Shown here piece after piece: positions 1 to 8,590 of a DNA stretch of 43,668 nt (position 1 is its first letter; every line of letters begins with the position of its first letter). The DNA comes from Thermodesulfovibrionales bacterium (lineage in GTDB: Bacteria > Nitrospirota > Thermodesulfovibrionia > Thermodesulfovibrionales > SM23-35). The notes under the pieces were generated by a model. It was not told the DNA's origin. It saw only the letters and a program-made list of their open reading frames with translations, and searched no databases. Where the stretch lies: NCBI GenBank assembly GCA_020062205.1, contig JAGUWT010000284.1:1-43668 (forward strand), in the 5' to 3' direction. The position numbers and the translations under genes were made by a program.

Positions 1-1
1 G

Positions 2-766
2 GCTGAAGTGAGGTGGTACAGGGAATTCGGTGATGTGCGAACAGGGAAGGACATCCCGGCAGAAATTCAGCGCCTGCATATAAAAAGGTCCATAGAAGGT
101 ATCCGCTCCCAATTTAATGTAATACCCTTAGCGCTTCGGCCGGGTGGGGCTGGTATTTCTATCGCTCCAGAGAATAATACATCCATGCTGGCAGCCCTGG
201 AAGGTTTCGGCTGGTGTGGAGGTGGGAAAGGTGGATATTGCGGAAAAGACTTAGTAGTTGAAAACATGATGGGGATGATGGGATCAAAAAACTCTCCCAG
301 GAATGGTTCAGATGATGCTCCCCGCCTGATAAATGCTCCCCCCGATGGTCACGACCGCGAAGTATCCCTTTATGAAAAAGGTTTTGTTTGGGGGTTGGAG
401 AAACTTAAAGATTTTAAGTTTATGGGTCTTAACGAGTATATTGGATATATGCATGCGAAGATAAATGTTTCCTGTGGTTCTGAATTCAGAATAGATTTTG
501 ACTATGACAGTCATTATTGCCAATATTTTAAAGACAATAGTTCCACATGGATATTTCATTTGTCAGACAGGTTGAGAGATAAATTGGGTTCAATTGATAA
601 TTTGCACATTATAGTCAACGGTGAGGAAATTCTTAGACAGTTACATCTTGATTTTAAGGCCGACAAAATCCCCCTTTGTAAAAAATGTGTTAACCCCTAT
701 TACAGGGCCACGTTACAGTTGGAGTTTCCTGAGTTTTTTTTGTTAGGAAATCATCCAACCAATTGA
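2..766 (+). CDS. hypothetical protein, 5'-truncated by the window edge
   Basis: The frame is open from nt 2, with no stop upstream of the listed start at 8. Stop is at 764-766. I recognised no family motif. There is a Gly/Cys-rich patch, GFGWCGGGKGGYCGK. Confidence 0.5.
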   Translation, partial: AEVRWYREFGDVRTGKDIPAEIQRLHIKRSIEGIRSQFNVIPLALRPGGAGISIAPENNTSMLAALEGFGWCGGGKGGYCGKDLVVENMMGMMGSKNSPRNGSDDAPRLINAPPDGHDREVSLYEKGFVWGLEKLKDFKFMGLNEYIGYMHAKINVSCGSEFRIDFDYDSHYCQYFKDNSSTWIFHLSDRLRDKLGSIDNLHIIVNGEEILRQLHLDFKADKIPLCKKCVNPYYRATLQLEFPEFFLLGNHPTN

Positions 767-810
767 AATTGGGTCATCAAAATCCCTGAGGTAATTTTAG
801 TTTTAATTAA

Positions 811-860
811 CTTTTCATTTTTGCAATCAGCTTTTCACTTTTTACCTTTTACTTTTCACT
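811..860. repeat. short-period CTTTTCAC-type tandem array directly upstream of the pyruvyl transferase start
   Basis: Sequence is cttttcattttt..cttttcacttttt accttttac ttttcact. It has the same low-complexity arm style as the cassette flanks elsewhere in the window. Confidence 0.5.
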
Positions 861-861
861 A

Positions 862-2112
862 ATGAATATATTGATTACAGGACACGATTCTTTCCGCAAT
901 AAAGGCTGTCAGGCTCTTATTTTTACAACCACGGAAATCATGAAGCAGGCATTTCCTGATGCTAATTTCACAGTCTTTTCGTGGGAACCCGAATTTGATC
1001 AGGCAAACTACGATAATCCTTCCATTGAATGTAAATTCATACAGCACAGGTTTCAGACAAATGATTTTTCTTTACGAAATAAGATATGGCTGACAATTAA
1101 TAAGTATGGAATAAAAACTGACAGAATCCTGTGGGTTAAGCCCTCTTTTTACAATGCAATAAAATCCTGCGATCTGATGGTAGTTAGCGGGGGAGATATA
1201 CTTGCAGACTACGGGGAGACTTCTGTGAAACATTGCTTTTTCCCAATTGCTATTGCTAAGGCATTGAAGAAGCCTGTGTTTGTATTTGCCCAATCCATAT
1301 CACCATATAAAAGTGATGAACTCCTGAATTTTGCACGACACTACCTCAACAAAGTCGATTTAATAACAGTTCGAGAAGGCATCTCTTATGAGTATCTAAA
1401 AAATATAAAAATTAAGACACCATCTTATCTTACCGCAGATCCCGCCTTTTTATTACAGCCATCTTCTGAAGAGAGACTGAAAAATATATTAAATAAGGAA
1501 GGTATATCTATGGATTCATCTCTCACAGTCGGGATCTCTGTCAGCGAGACGTTAACAAAATGGGGTGGCTCCAATCAGGAGAATTTTCTGAAAACTATGG
1601 CGGCTGTGTGCGACTCCATTATAAGGCAATACAGAGCAAGATTGATATTTGTTCCCCACGTTATGTACCCTGATGATCCCTCCAATGATGATCGCGTTGT
1701 AAGCGAAAAGGTCCGGAATATAATGAAAGAAAAGGGGTCAGTATACCTGTTGAGAGGCGATTATTCCTGCCGTGACTTAAAATCAGTTATTGGAAAATGT
1801 GACGTCTTAATAGGCGCAAGAACACATGCAACCATAGCATCCGCCTCACAGCATATTCCTACACTTGCACTCGCTTATAGTACTAAGGCATTTGGGATTA
1901 TGGAAGATGTCCTGGATAGAGAAAAGTGTACCTGTGATATAAGTAAAGTAACATTAGATGAACTCCTGGGTAAGACAGTCTATCTTATAGAAAATAGAGA
2001 GCAGATCAGAGAATCTGCTTCCAGCAGGCTAAGAATAATCACAGAACGTGCTTATATGAATGGAAGTTTGGCTCAAGAAGTTTTCGGGGGTACCCTTACT
2101 TCTAAGCGATAA
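862..2112 (+). CDS. polysaccharide pyruvyl transferase family protein (CsaB/WcaK-like)
   Basis: 416-aa ORF. The N-terminal MNILITGHDSFRNKGCQAL, the VVSGGD segment and the C-terminal GARTHATIASASQHIPTLALAYSTKAFG (GxRxH) are typical of polysaccharide pyruvyl transferases. Confidence 0.8.
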   Translation: MNILITGHDSFRNKGCQALIFTTTEIMKQAFPDANFTVFSWEPEFDQANYDNPSIECKFIQHRFQTNDFSLRNKIWLTINKYGIKTDRILWVKPSFYNAIKSCDLMVVSGGDILADYGETSVKHCFFPIAIAKALKKPVFVFAQSISPYKSDELLNFARHYLNKVDLITVREGISYEYLKNIKIKTPSYLTADPAFLLQPSSEERLKNILNKEGISMDSSLTVGISVSETLTKWGGSNQENFLKTMAAVCDSIIRQYRARLIFVPHVMYPDDPSNDDRVVSEKVRNIMKEKGSVYLLRGDYSCRDLKSVIGKCDVLIGARTHATIASASQHIPTLALAYSTKAFGIMEDVLDREKCTCDISKVTLDELLGKTVYLIENREQIRESASSRLRIITERAYMNGSLAQEVFGGTLTSKR

Positions 2113-2223
2113 AGCAAGGCTAAAGCCTTGCCCTACAAAAATTTATTATACCCAAGTTGAGCGATTTTTTACTGAAGACCTTATTTACCATAGCATTTTG
2201 AGAAAATGTAATCACCTAACAAG

Positions 2224-2322
2224 TGTCATTCCCGCTTGCCCCGTTAGAAACGAGCTTTCTAACGGGGCTTGTCGGGAATCCTTCTTAAAACAAGGAAAGA
2301 TTCCGAACAAGTCGGAATGACA
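2224..2322. repeat. palindromic intergenic element (TGTCATT...AATGACA family), copy 1
   Basis: Termini are tgtcattcccgcttg and caagtcggaatgaca, which are near reverse complements. There is an internal perfect 12-bp hairpin, ccccgttagaaa (2239-2250) / tttctaacgggg (2256-2267). A second imperfect hairpin is cttgtcgggaatc / gattccgaacaag. Confidence 0.7.
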
Positions 2323-2403
2323 AAAAAAGAATCGCTCAATTTAGGTTATAACTATACATGAACCTTTGGCTCACAATAGAGAATGAAAAGTGTCCTCCCT
2401 GTC

Positions 2404-2424
2404 ACCCTGAACTTGTTTCAGGGT
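2404..2424. repeat. 8-bp hairpin accctgaa-cttgt-ttcagggt preceded by gtc
   Basis: Perfect stem at 2404-2411 / 2417-2424 with a 5-nt loop. No U-tract follows it. It lies about 50 nt upstream of the epimerase start. Confidence 0.5.
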
Positions 2425-2476
2425 CTCATTAGAGGTATTTTAGATGAAACTTTAAGATAAATTTAGGAGGGAAGGT

Positions 2477-3601
2477 ATGAGTAATTTAATAGAGTCAACA
2501 GAAGATATAAAGAGGTTCTATAAAGACAAGAGATGTCTGGTAACGGGTGGCTTTGGATTTGTCGGCAGCCACGTTGTTGAATCTCTTGTGAAAGCCGGTG
2601 CAGAAGTTCATGTCCTCGATATTGATACGGATGAGAATCGGGATTCATTAATTAACCTCTGCGGCTTAAGAGATAAGGTTCATATTATTACTGCTGACAT
2701 TACCGATAAAATTGCTATGGAAGAGATCATTCGACAGATTAAATGCGATATCATTTTCCATTTTGCTGCAGCAGCAACAGTCGTAGAAAAGGCAATGGAT
2801 CTGCCTTACTTAACTGTTTTGGCGAATACGATGGGACTTGTCAATATCTTAGAGGCAGTCAGGAAAATGAATAATTCAATCTATTCTGTTCTCTTCTCAT
2901 CTACTGACAAGGTATATGGAGAAGCATCGGAACTTCCCTATAAAGAGAATGCAACCCCTCTCAAGGCTGTAGGACTGTACGATTCAGCAAAAATGGCAGC
3001 AGATGTTCTTGCAAAATCATACGCTGAGGTTTTTAAAGTTAATGTTGTCATTGTAAGACTCTGTAATCTCTATGGTCCCTATGACTTCAATATTGACTAC
3101 AGGCTCATACCAAAGTCAATGAAGCACATTTATGGAGAGGGGAGGGCACCAGAACTCTATTTTCATTCTCTGGATCATTTCAGAGATTACTTATATATTG
3201 ACGATGCTGTCAGGGCCATGCTGCTCCTCGCTAAGGAAAAAAAATGTTTTGGAGAGATTTATAATATGCCCGGATGTAAGTATGCTTCAACTCCTGGCAT
3301 CCTGAAAGAAATAATAAATAGGGTAGCAGAGGTGGAAAGGAAACTTAATGGAGAAATCGGGGATCAGATAACGGCCAGAGGGATAAGGATAAAAATGGGC
3401 GACCCCCAACATATTGTCATTGAGAAACAGCATTTATGTGGTGAAAAGATAAAAGATTCTGTTGGCTTTGTTCCTGAGATCAGTTTTGAGGATGGCTTGG
3501 AAAGAACGATATTGTTTTATAGGGAATATTTTCAAAATCAAAAGAAGAGTATAGTAGTCAGTATACAGGAGACAGAAGGCAGAATGCAGGAGGCGGTATA
3601 A
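2477..3601 (+). CDS. NAD-dependent epimerase/dehydratase (extended SDR)
   Basis: RBS aggagg at 2465-2470. Rossmann motif VTGGFGFVGSHVV and catalytic YDSAK (YxxxK). The last ~10 codons (QETEGRMQE) are encoded by the 7-nt repeat arm of the downstream cassette. Confidence 0.85.
   Translation: MSNLIESTEDIKRFYKDKRCLVTGGFGFVGSHVVESLVKAGAEVHVLDIDTDENRDSLINLCGLRDKVHIITADITDKIAMEEIIRQIKCDIIFHFAAAATVVEKAMDLPYLTVLANTMGLVNILEAVRKMNNSIYSVLFSSTDKVYGEASELPYKENATPLKAVGLYDSAKMAADVLAKSYAEVFKVNVVIVRLCNLYGPYDFNIDYRLIPKSMKHIYGEGRAPELYFHSLDHFRDYLYIDDAVRAMLLLAKEKKCFGEIYNMPGCKYASTPGILKEIINRVAEVERKLNGEIGDQITARGIRIKMGDPQHIVIEKQHLCGEKIKDSVGFVPEISFEDGLERTILFYREYFQNQKKSIVVSIQETEGRMQEAV
3565..3592. repeat. left arm of four-helix-bundle cassette A: (NCAGRAG) x4, 7-nt tandem units
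   Basis: Units are acaggag acagaag gcagaat gcaggag. It is complementary to the right arm at 3971-3997 at 23 of 27 positions. Three of the four mismatches would be G-U pairs in RNA. Confidence 0.75.
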
Positions 3602-3961
3602 ATGAAGGCTAAGGTTTTTGAAGATCTTGGTGTTTGGCAGAAAAGCCACCGGTTTGTCCTTGACGTGTACAGGTTGACCCAGTCCTTCCCGAATTACGAA
3701 CGTTTCGGTTTAGTTTCTCAAATAAGACGTTCGGCTGTCTCCGTCCCAGCAAATATTGCCGAAGGCTTTAAGAAAAGAGGATTACCTGATAAGCTGCGGT
3801 ATTTCAATATATCACAAGGTTCATTGGAAGAAACGCGCTATTATCTGATCCTGGCTAACGATCTTGGATATGCTGACACAAAAAACCTAAAAGAGAATCT
3901 CGACGAAATTAGCCGCATGATAGACGGATACATGCAATCCATAAAGAATAGGCAAACGTAA
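3602..3961 (+). CDS. four-helix-bundle protein (23S rRNA intervening-sequence protein family)
   Basis: 119 aa. The ATG follows the upstream TAA directly. Hallmark residues: FEDLGVWQKSHRF..VYRLTQSFPNYERFGLVSQIRRSAVSVPANIAEGF..SQGSLEETRYYLILANDLGY. Confidence 0.9.
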   Translation: MKAKVFEDLGVWQKSHRFVLDVYRLTQSFPNYERFGLVSQIRRSAVSVPANIAEGFKKRGLPDKLRYFNISQGSLEETRYYLILANDLGYADTKNLKENLDEISRMIDGYMQSIKNRQT

Positions 3962-3962
3962 A

Positions 3963-3997
3963 TCTCCTGTCTTCTGTATTCTGTCTTCTGTCTCCTA
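3963..3997. repeat. right arm of cassette A: (TCTTCTG-like) x5, 7-nt tandem units
   Basis: Units are tctcctg tcttctg tattctg tcttctg tctccta. It is the reverse complement of the left arm. Confidence 0.75.
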
Positions 3998-4016
3998 ACC
4001 AAAAACGGAGGATAAT

Positions 4017-5012
4017 ATGCAAAACAACAATTCTTATTGGCACAAAAGACCCTGCCTGGTTACCGGCGGAGCAGGTTTTGGCGGGGCACACTTATGCGCT
4101 GAATTGTTATCAAGAGGCGCTAAGGTCTATGTCTACGACCGACATCTCCCTAAAGATTCCTACCTGGTGTTTGCAGGACTGGTTGACAGGGTAAATTTTA
4201 TACAGGGTGACATAAGGGATTTGGAATATTTGAAAATGATTAACACCCGATTTGAAATCACAAACATCTTCCATCTTGCTGCCCAGGCCATTAAGCCTCA
4301 GAGTAATCTAATCCCTTATGAAACCTTTGTAGTAAATGCTCAGGGAACCTATAATGTTCTGGAGACGGTTCGTACGGCAAAACAAAGCCCTCATCTCGTC
4401 TTTGCTTCGACAGGGGGCTATTACGGAACTTTTTTCTCAGAGGACTTGATTAATGAGGATTCCCCGCCTCTGGTGGGCGACAACGTTTACTCTGCCTCCA
4501 AAGTGGCTGGGGATATAGCTGTAAGATATTATGCCAATATCTTCGGAATAAAGGCTGCTACATGCCGGTTCATGCAGACCTACGGTCCTGGAGATACAAA
4601 TTTCAGTCGTATTATTCCCATAACCATTAAGTACCTTATGAATGGTCAGCATCCCAAACTAACCCGTTGTGATGGTACCCCTCAATGGGATTTCCTGCAT
4701 GTCAGGGATATGGCCAGAGCTTACACAGCCGTCGCCGAGAATCTGGACAAGAAAGAGGTTTCCGGACAGGCCTTTAATTTCGGCGGCGGGAACCCCATAT
4801 CAGTAAAGGAACTAGTTATGTTGATCAGCAAAGTCTTTACCGGTAAGGAAATTGAGCCAATCATACTTATACCACCTTCCGGTATTCTGCAAAAAACTTG
4901 TTTGGACATCTCAAAAGCAAAATCCTTACTGGGATGGAAACCCGGGATCAGCCTTGAAGATGGTCTTAAGGAGACTATTTCCTGGTATAGAGAAATCTGG
5001 GATCAACTATAA
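4017..5012 (+). CDS. NAD-dependent epimerase/dehydratase (extended SDR, sugar 4,6-dehydratase/epimerase-like)
   Basis: RBS ggagg at 4007-4011. Motifs VTGGAGFGGAHLC and catalytic YSASK. Confidence 0.8.
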   Translation: MQNNNSYWHKRPCLVTGGAGFGGAHLCAELLSRGAKVYVYDRHLPKDSYLVFAGLVDRVNFIQGDIRDLEYLKMINTRFEITNIFHLAAQAIKPQSNLIPYETFVVNAQGTYNVLETVRTAKQSPHLVFASTGGYYGTFFSEDLINEDSPPLVGDNVYSASKVAGDIAVRYYANIFGIKAATCRFMQTYGPGDTNFSRIIPITIKYLMNGQHPKLTRCDGTPQWDFLHVRDMARAYTAVAENLDKKEVSGQAFNFGGGNPISVKELVMLISKVFTGKEIEPIILIPPSGILQKTCLDISKAKSLLGWKPGISLEDGLKETISWYREIWDQL

Positions 5013-5041
5013 GAGGACGACAATTTTCTTTATAACTATTC

Positions 5042-5071
5042 AGCCACGAATTGACACAAATGGACACGAAT
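5042..5071. repeat. left arm of an empty cassette: 10-nt units agccacgaat tgacacaaat ggacacgaat
   Basis: Inverted with respect to 5187-5216. The first unit is perfectly complementary and the other two match at 7 of 10 positions. Confidence 0.7.
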
Positions 5072-5186
5072 AAAGACAAAATCCTATATCAAGATTTATC
5101 ATATAAAATTATCTATAGGAAAAACTTTGCGTTTCTTTGCGCTCTTTGCGGTGAACTATTAGCTTCATTAGAATTGATTCCGCCTT

Positions 5187-5216
5187 ATTTGTGTAAATTC
5201 GTGGCCATTCGTGGCT
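5187..5216. repeat. right arm of the empty cassette: atttgtgtaa attcgtggcc attcgtggct
   Basis: Reverse complement of the left arm family. The arms enclose a 115-nt loop (5072-5186) with no credible ORF. Confidence 0.7.
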
Positions 5217-5245
5217 AACTCCATAGGTTTGAGGAAATATGAAAT

Positions 5246-6232
5246 ATGTATCAGCTGAAAGATAAGGTTTGGTTGTCGGCCAACAGGATTTTCGCTGCTA
5301 TAGAAGCAAAGAAAAATATTTCAGATCGGTCCAGGGAAAAAGCGATTTCCTGGTTTCGCAGTGTGGTTATATCGGGTGCAGGTTTCCCGGTTAGTACGGG
5401 CCAAAATATATCATACCCGGAAGTTACCGGGTATATTATTCCAACTCTTTATGAGGTCGGGGAAAAAGATTTTGCAAGGGATTTGGCCCTATGGCTGATT
5501 TCTGTGCAACACCCTGACGGCGCCTTTTGCGCGCCAGACGGGATGCCCTACACTTTTGATACTGGTCAGGTTTTACGCGGCCTGTTGACGGTACTGGATG
5601 ACATGCCTCAAGCGAAAGAGTCTACTATAAAGGCCTGTGACTGGATTCTTACTCAGATTCAATCTGACGGAAGAATTACCACTCCATCGACTGATATGTG
5701 GCGCCTGCCTGAAGATAAGATGGTCAACGACAATATTCACCTGTATGTTTTGCCACCCCTCATGGAAGCGGGCAGGAGACTTGGGAAGTCCGAATATGTA
5801 GATGCTTCCCGTCATGCATTAACGTATTACAAGCAACGTCCTGATTTGATATCGTTCACGACACTATCCCATTTCTATGGATATGTTATGGAAGCGCTCT
5901 TTGATTTGGGAGAAACGGATCTGGCGAAACAAGGCATGAAAGAAGTAGCCGCATTGCAGAAATTCAATGGAAGCATACCTGCATATCCAGGCGTAGATTG
6001 GGTATGCACTCCCGGCGTCGCCCAACTGGCCATTGTATGGTACAAGCTGGGGATGAGCGACCGGGGGGATGCTGCTTTAAGATATCTGAAAGGAATCCAG
6101 AATGACAGTGGTGGTTTCTTTGGGAGTTATGGCAAAGGAGCCAACTATTTCCCTCGTGAAGAGCTTCCCTGGGCAGCAAAGTATTTCTTAGACGCCTGTC
6201 ATTGGTCTCAAACCTCTGCGCCTTTGCGGTGA
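5246..6232 (+). CDS. alpha/alpha-toroid-like protein (prenyltransferase / terpene-cyclase-type repeats), function unknown
   Basis: 328 aa with repeated Q/H-x-x-DG-x-F type segments: VQHPDGAF, IQSDGRI, LQKFNGSIP, IQNDSGGFFG. The last codons (SAPLR-stop) lie in the ctttgcggtgaac repeat. Confidence 0.45.
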   Translation: MYQLKDKVWLSANRIFAAIEAKKNISDRSREKAISWFRSVVISGAGFPVSTGQNISYPEVTGYIIPTLYEVGEKDFARDLALWLISVQHPDGAFCAPDGMPYTFDTGQVLRGLLTVLDDMPQAKESTIKACDWILTQIQSDGRITTPSTDMWRLPEDKMVNDNIHLYVLPPLMEAGRRLGKSEYVDASRHALTYYKQRPDLISFTTLSHFYGYVMEALFDLGETDLAKQGMKEVAALQKFNGSIPAYPGVDWVCTPGVAQLAIVWYKLGMSDRGDAALRYLKGIQNDSGGFFGSYGKGANYFPREELPWAAKYFLDACHWSQTSAPLR

Positions 6233-6251
6233 ACAGTTACGAGACTTCAAT

Positions 6252-7388
6252 ATGCGGATATCTATTTTCACATCTGATATTGATAAAACGGCATCGGAGG
6301 GGGTAACTGTATTAGATGGTGTAAATTCATCCAGCCATGCGCTTACCAATGATAGTCTTTATGTCACAGGCTATGGATGGCCAACTTTGAAATTAGACTC
6401 CAGGAGAGTCTATCCTCTTGAGCGCCGCCATAAATTGAGAACAAAGTTTTTTTGCAACCTCCTCAGCGCAATAGATAATAACAAGCGTATTCCTGCTTCG
6501 TTAGCACTCATTGCGGTTTATTTCATACAAAGAGAGATATTCGATACTTTGTTATCTTTTGTCCCTGATGCGTTGATCCTTTCCGGCCTACGTTGGAACA
6601 AGGAATTTAGATTTTTTATTAAAAGAAAAATGCCGGATCTTCCTTGCTATTGCAAGCATGATCGTATCGAATTACCGCCTGAAGGGCATTGGAAAAAATA
6701 TGACCCATCGGTGAAAGTCAGCATCGTTCTTCCAACATATAACGGAGCCAAGTATATCCGAAAATCAATCAATAGCTGCCTGGAACAAACCCATAGTAAT
6801 TTGGAATTAATTATAGTGGACGATTTTTCAACCGATGAAACACCTCAAATTATTAACTCCTATTCAGATAAACGGATAAAATACATTAGGCATCCCACAA
6901 ATCTCAAGCTCCCCCGAGCCTTGAATACAGGCTTTAAGCACGCTACGGGTGAGTATCTAACCTGGACATCAGATGATAATTTTTATGATGTAAATGCCAT
7001 AGAAACAATGCTCAAATTTCTATTAACATATCCGCAAATAGACTATGTGTATACGGATGAATACCATATTGATGAAAATGACAATATAAATAAATACTTT
7101 GCCGTAGGACCGGTTGAAAGTTTGCAATTAGACAACTTGATCGGGGGATGTTTTCTGTATCACAGAAGGGTCTACGAGGAGATAGGAGAATATGACCCGG
7201 ATACTTATCTGGCCGAAGATTATGACTATTGGATTCGCATATCCAAACGGTTTCGTATGCAAAGATTGCGCATACCTCTTTACTATTACCGCCTTCACAA
7301 AGACTCGCTTACCGTAAAATATGGGAAATACGGGACGAAGCTTGCCGGAGAAGTTGGGGATATTGTCAAAAAGAGGCATAAGAAATGA
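6252..7388 (+). CDS. family 2 glycosyltransferase with a ~150-aa N-terminal extension
   Basis: GT-A motifs VSIVLPTYNGAKYIRKSINSCLEQT, LELIIVDDFSTDET, WTSDDN and AEDYDYWIR. The start is uncertain; an internal ATG at about 6630 is possible. Confidence 0.8.
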   Translation: MRISIFTSDIDKTASEGVTVLDGVNSSSHALTNDSLYVTGYGWPTLKLDSRRVYPLERRHKLRTKFFCNLLSAIDNNKRIPASLALIAVYFIQREIFDTLLSFVPDALILSGLRWNKEFRFFIKRKMPDLPCYCKHDRIELPPEGHWKKYDPSVKVSIVLPTYNGAKYIRKSINSCLEQTHSNLELIIVDDFSTDETPQIINSYSDKRIKYIRHPTNLKLPRALNTGFKHATGEYLTWTSDDNFYDVNAIETMLKFLLTYPQIDYVYTDEYHIDENDNINKYFAVGPVESLQLDNLIGGCFLYHRRVYEEIGEYDPDTYLAEDYDYWIRISKRFRMQRLRIPLYYYRLHKDSLTVKYGKYGTKLAGEVGDIVKKRHKK

Positions 7389-8515
7389 TGAAAGTCCTGA
7401 CCATATTCGGTACGCGACCGGAAGCAATAAAACTCATCCCTGTTATCCAGGAGTTAAAACGCCATGCACCGGCAGCAGAGGCTATAGTTTGTGTAACCTC
7501 CCAGCATAGGCAAATGCTTGATCAGGTCCTGGATCTGTTTTCCATTAAACCTGATTTTGATTTAAACCTTATGAGAGAAAACCAGGACCTGGCAAGCTTA
7601 ACCGCGTCTATTCTTGAGCATCTTAAGAAACTTATCGATCAAGTTAAGCCTGACTGGGTTCTTGTACAGGGTGATACCACCACCACCTTTTCTGCTGCAC
7701 TTGCTGCATACTATTGTAGGACTAAGGTTGCCCATGTGGAAGCGGGGTTGAGAACGAAGAATAAGTATTCCCCGTTTCCTGAAGAGATAAATAGATGTCT
7801 TACAAGCCGTATCACCGACTTACATTTTCCTCCGACAACTGTTGCAAAGACTAACCTACTGGACGAGGGGATTGATGCGAAATCAATCTGGGTTACAGGC
7901 AATACCGTAGTAGATACCTTGCAAAGTATTTCAGCCAAATTGAACGATGAAAGCATGTATCATGACTCCCTCAATTTTTTGGATCCAGACAGAAGAACTG
8001 TTTTGGTGACCGGCCATCGTCGAGAAAGTTTTGGACCTAAGTTAGAAGAGATCTGCTTGGCTCTGAAGGAGATAGCGCTTACTCACAATGGAGTTCAGGT
8101 GGTTTATCCTGTGCATCTCAACCCATCTGTGTGGGACCCTGTCCATAAGATACTGGGAGGAATTGAAAATATTCATTTAATTTATCCTCTCGATTATTTG
8201 TCTTTTGTCTATTTAATCAAAAAGGCAGACTTGATTATTACCGATTCGGGCGGTGTTCAGGAAGAAGCGCCCTCCTTAGGTAAATATGTTTTGATCACCC
8301 GGGACATTACAGAAAGGCCTGAAGGGGTAAAAGCAGGGATAGCCAAGTTGGTTGGAGCCGACAAAGGTACAATATGTGAGGCGGCTTATAAGGTATTGAA
8401 CGGAGATTCGTTATCACCAACTGAAATTCAAAAAAGGAATCCTTATGGGGATGGTCAGGCCAGCAGGAGAATCATCGAGGTTCTCTTAAACGGAAAGTGC
8501 AAAGAATTTTGCTGA
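7385..8515 (+). CDS. wecB: UDP-N-acetylglucosamine 2-epimerase (non-hydrolysing)
   Basis: Motifs MKVLTIFGTRPEAIKL, VQGDTTTT, HVEAGLRT, PFPEEINR, VTGHRRESFG and DSGGVQEEAPSLGK. The start overlaps the upstream stop (ATGATGA). Confidence 0.95.
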   Translation: MMKVLTIFGTRPEAIKLIPVIQELKRHAPAAEAIVCVTSQHRQMLDQVLDLFSIKPDFDLNLMRENQDLASLTASILEHLKKLIDQVKPDWVLVQGDTTTTFSAALAAYYCRTKVAHVEAGLRTKNKYSPFPEEINRCLTSRITDLHFPPTTVAKTNLLDEGIDAKSIWVTGNTVVDTLQSISAKLNDESMYHDSLNFLDPDRRTVLVTGHRRESFGPKLEEICLALKEIALTHNGVQVVYPVHLNPSVWDPVHKILGGIENIHLIYPLDYLSFVYLIKKADLIITDSGGVQEEAPSLGKYVLITRDITERPEGVKAGIAKLVGADKGTICEAAYKVLNGDSLSPTEIQKRNPYGDGQASRRIIEVLLNGKCKEFC

Positions 8516-8590
8516 AAGGAAAACATATGCCTACGAAAAAGTATGGGACGAATCCTGTTAGGGTGCCACTTAAAGCAACCGGAAGTTATA

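Noticed and set aside
2114-2131. The hairpin gcaaggc-taaa-gccttgc right after the pyruvyl transferase stop, considered as an intrinsic terminator.
   Set aside because: The 7-bp stem is followed by CCTACAAAAATT rather than a U-tract, so it is not a convincing rho-independent terminator.
2060-2320. An 86-aa ORF downstream of the pyruvyl transferase.
   Set aside because: It overlaps the 3' end of the pyruvyl transferase and then reads through the palindromic TGTCATT element. This is a typical repeat-derived spurious ORF.
3602-3961. Whether the four-helix-bundle genes are Avd components of a diversity-generating retroelement.
   Set aside because: Avd belongs to the same fold family. However, the window contains no reverse transcriptase and no template/variable repeat pair.
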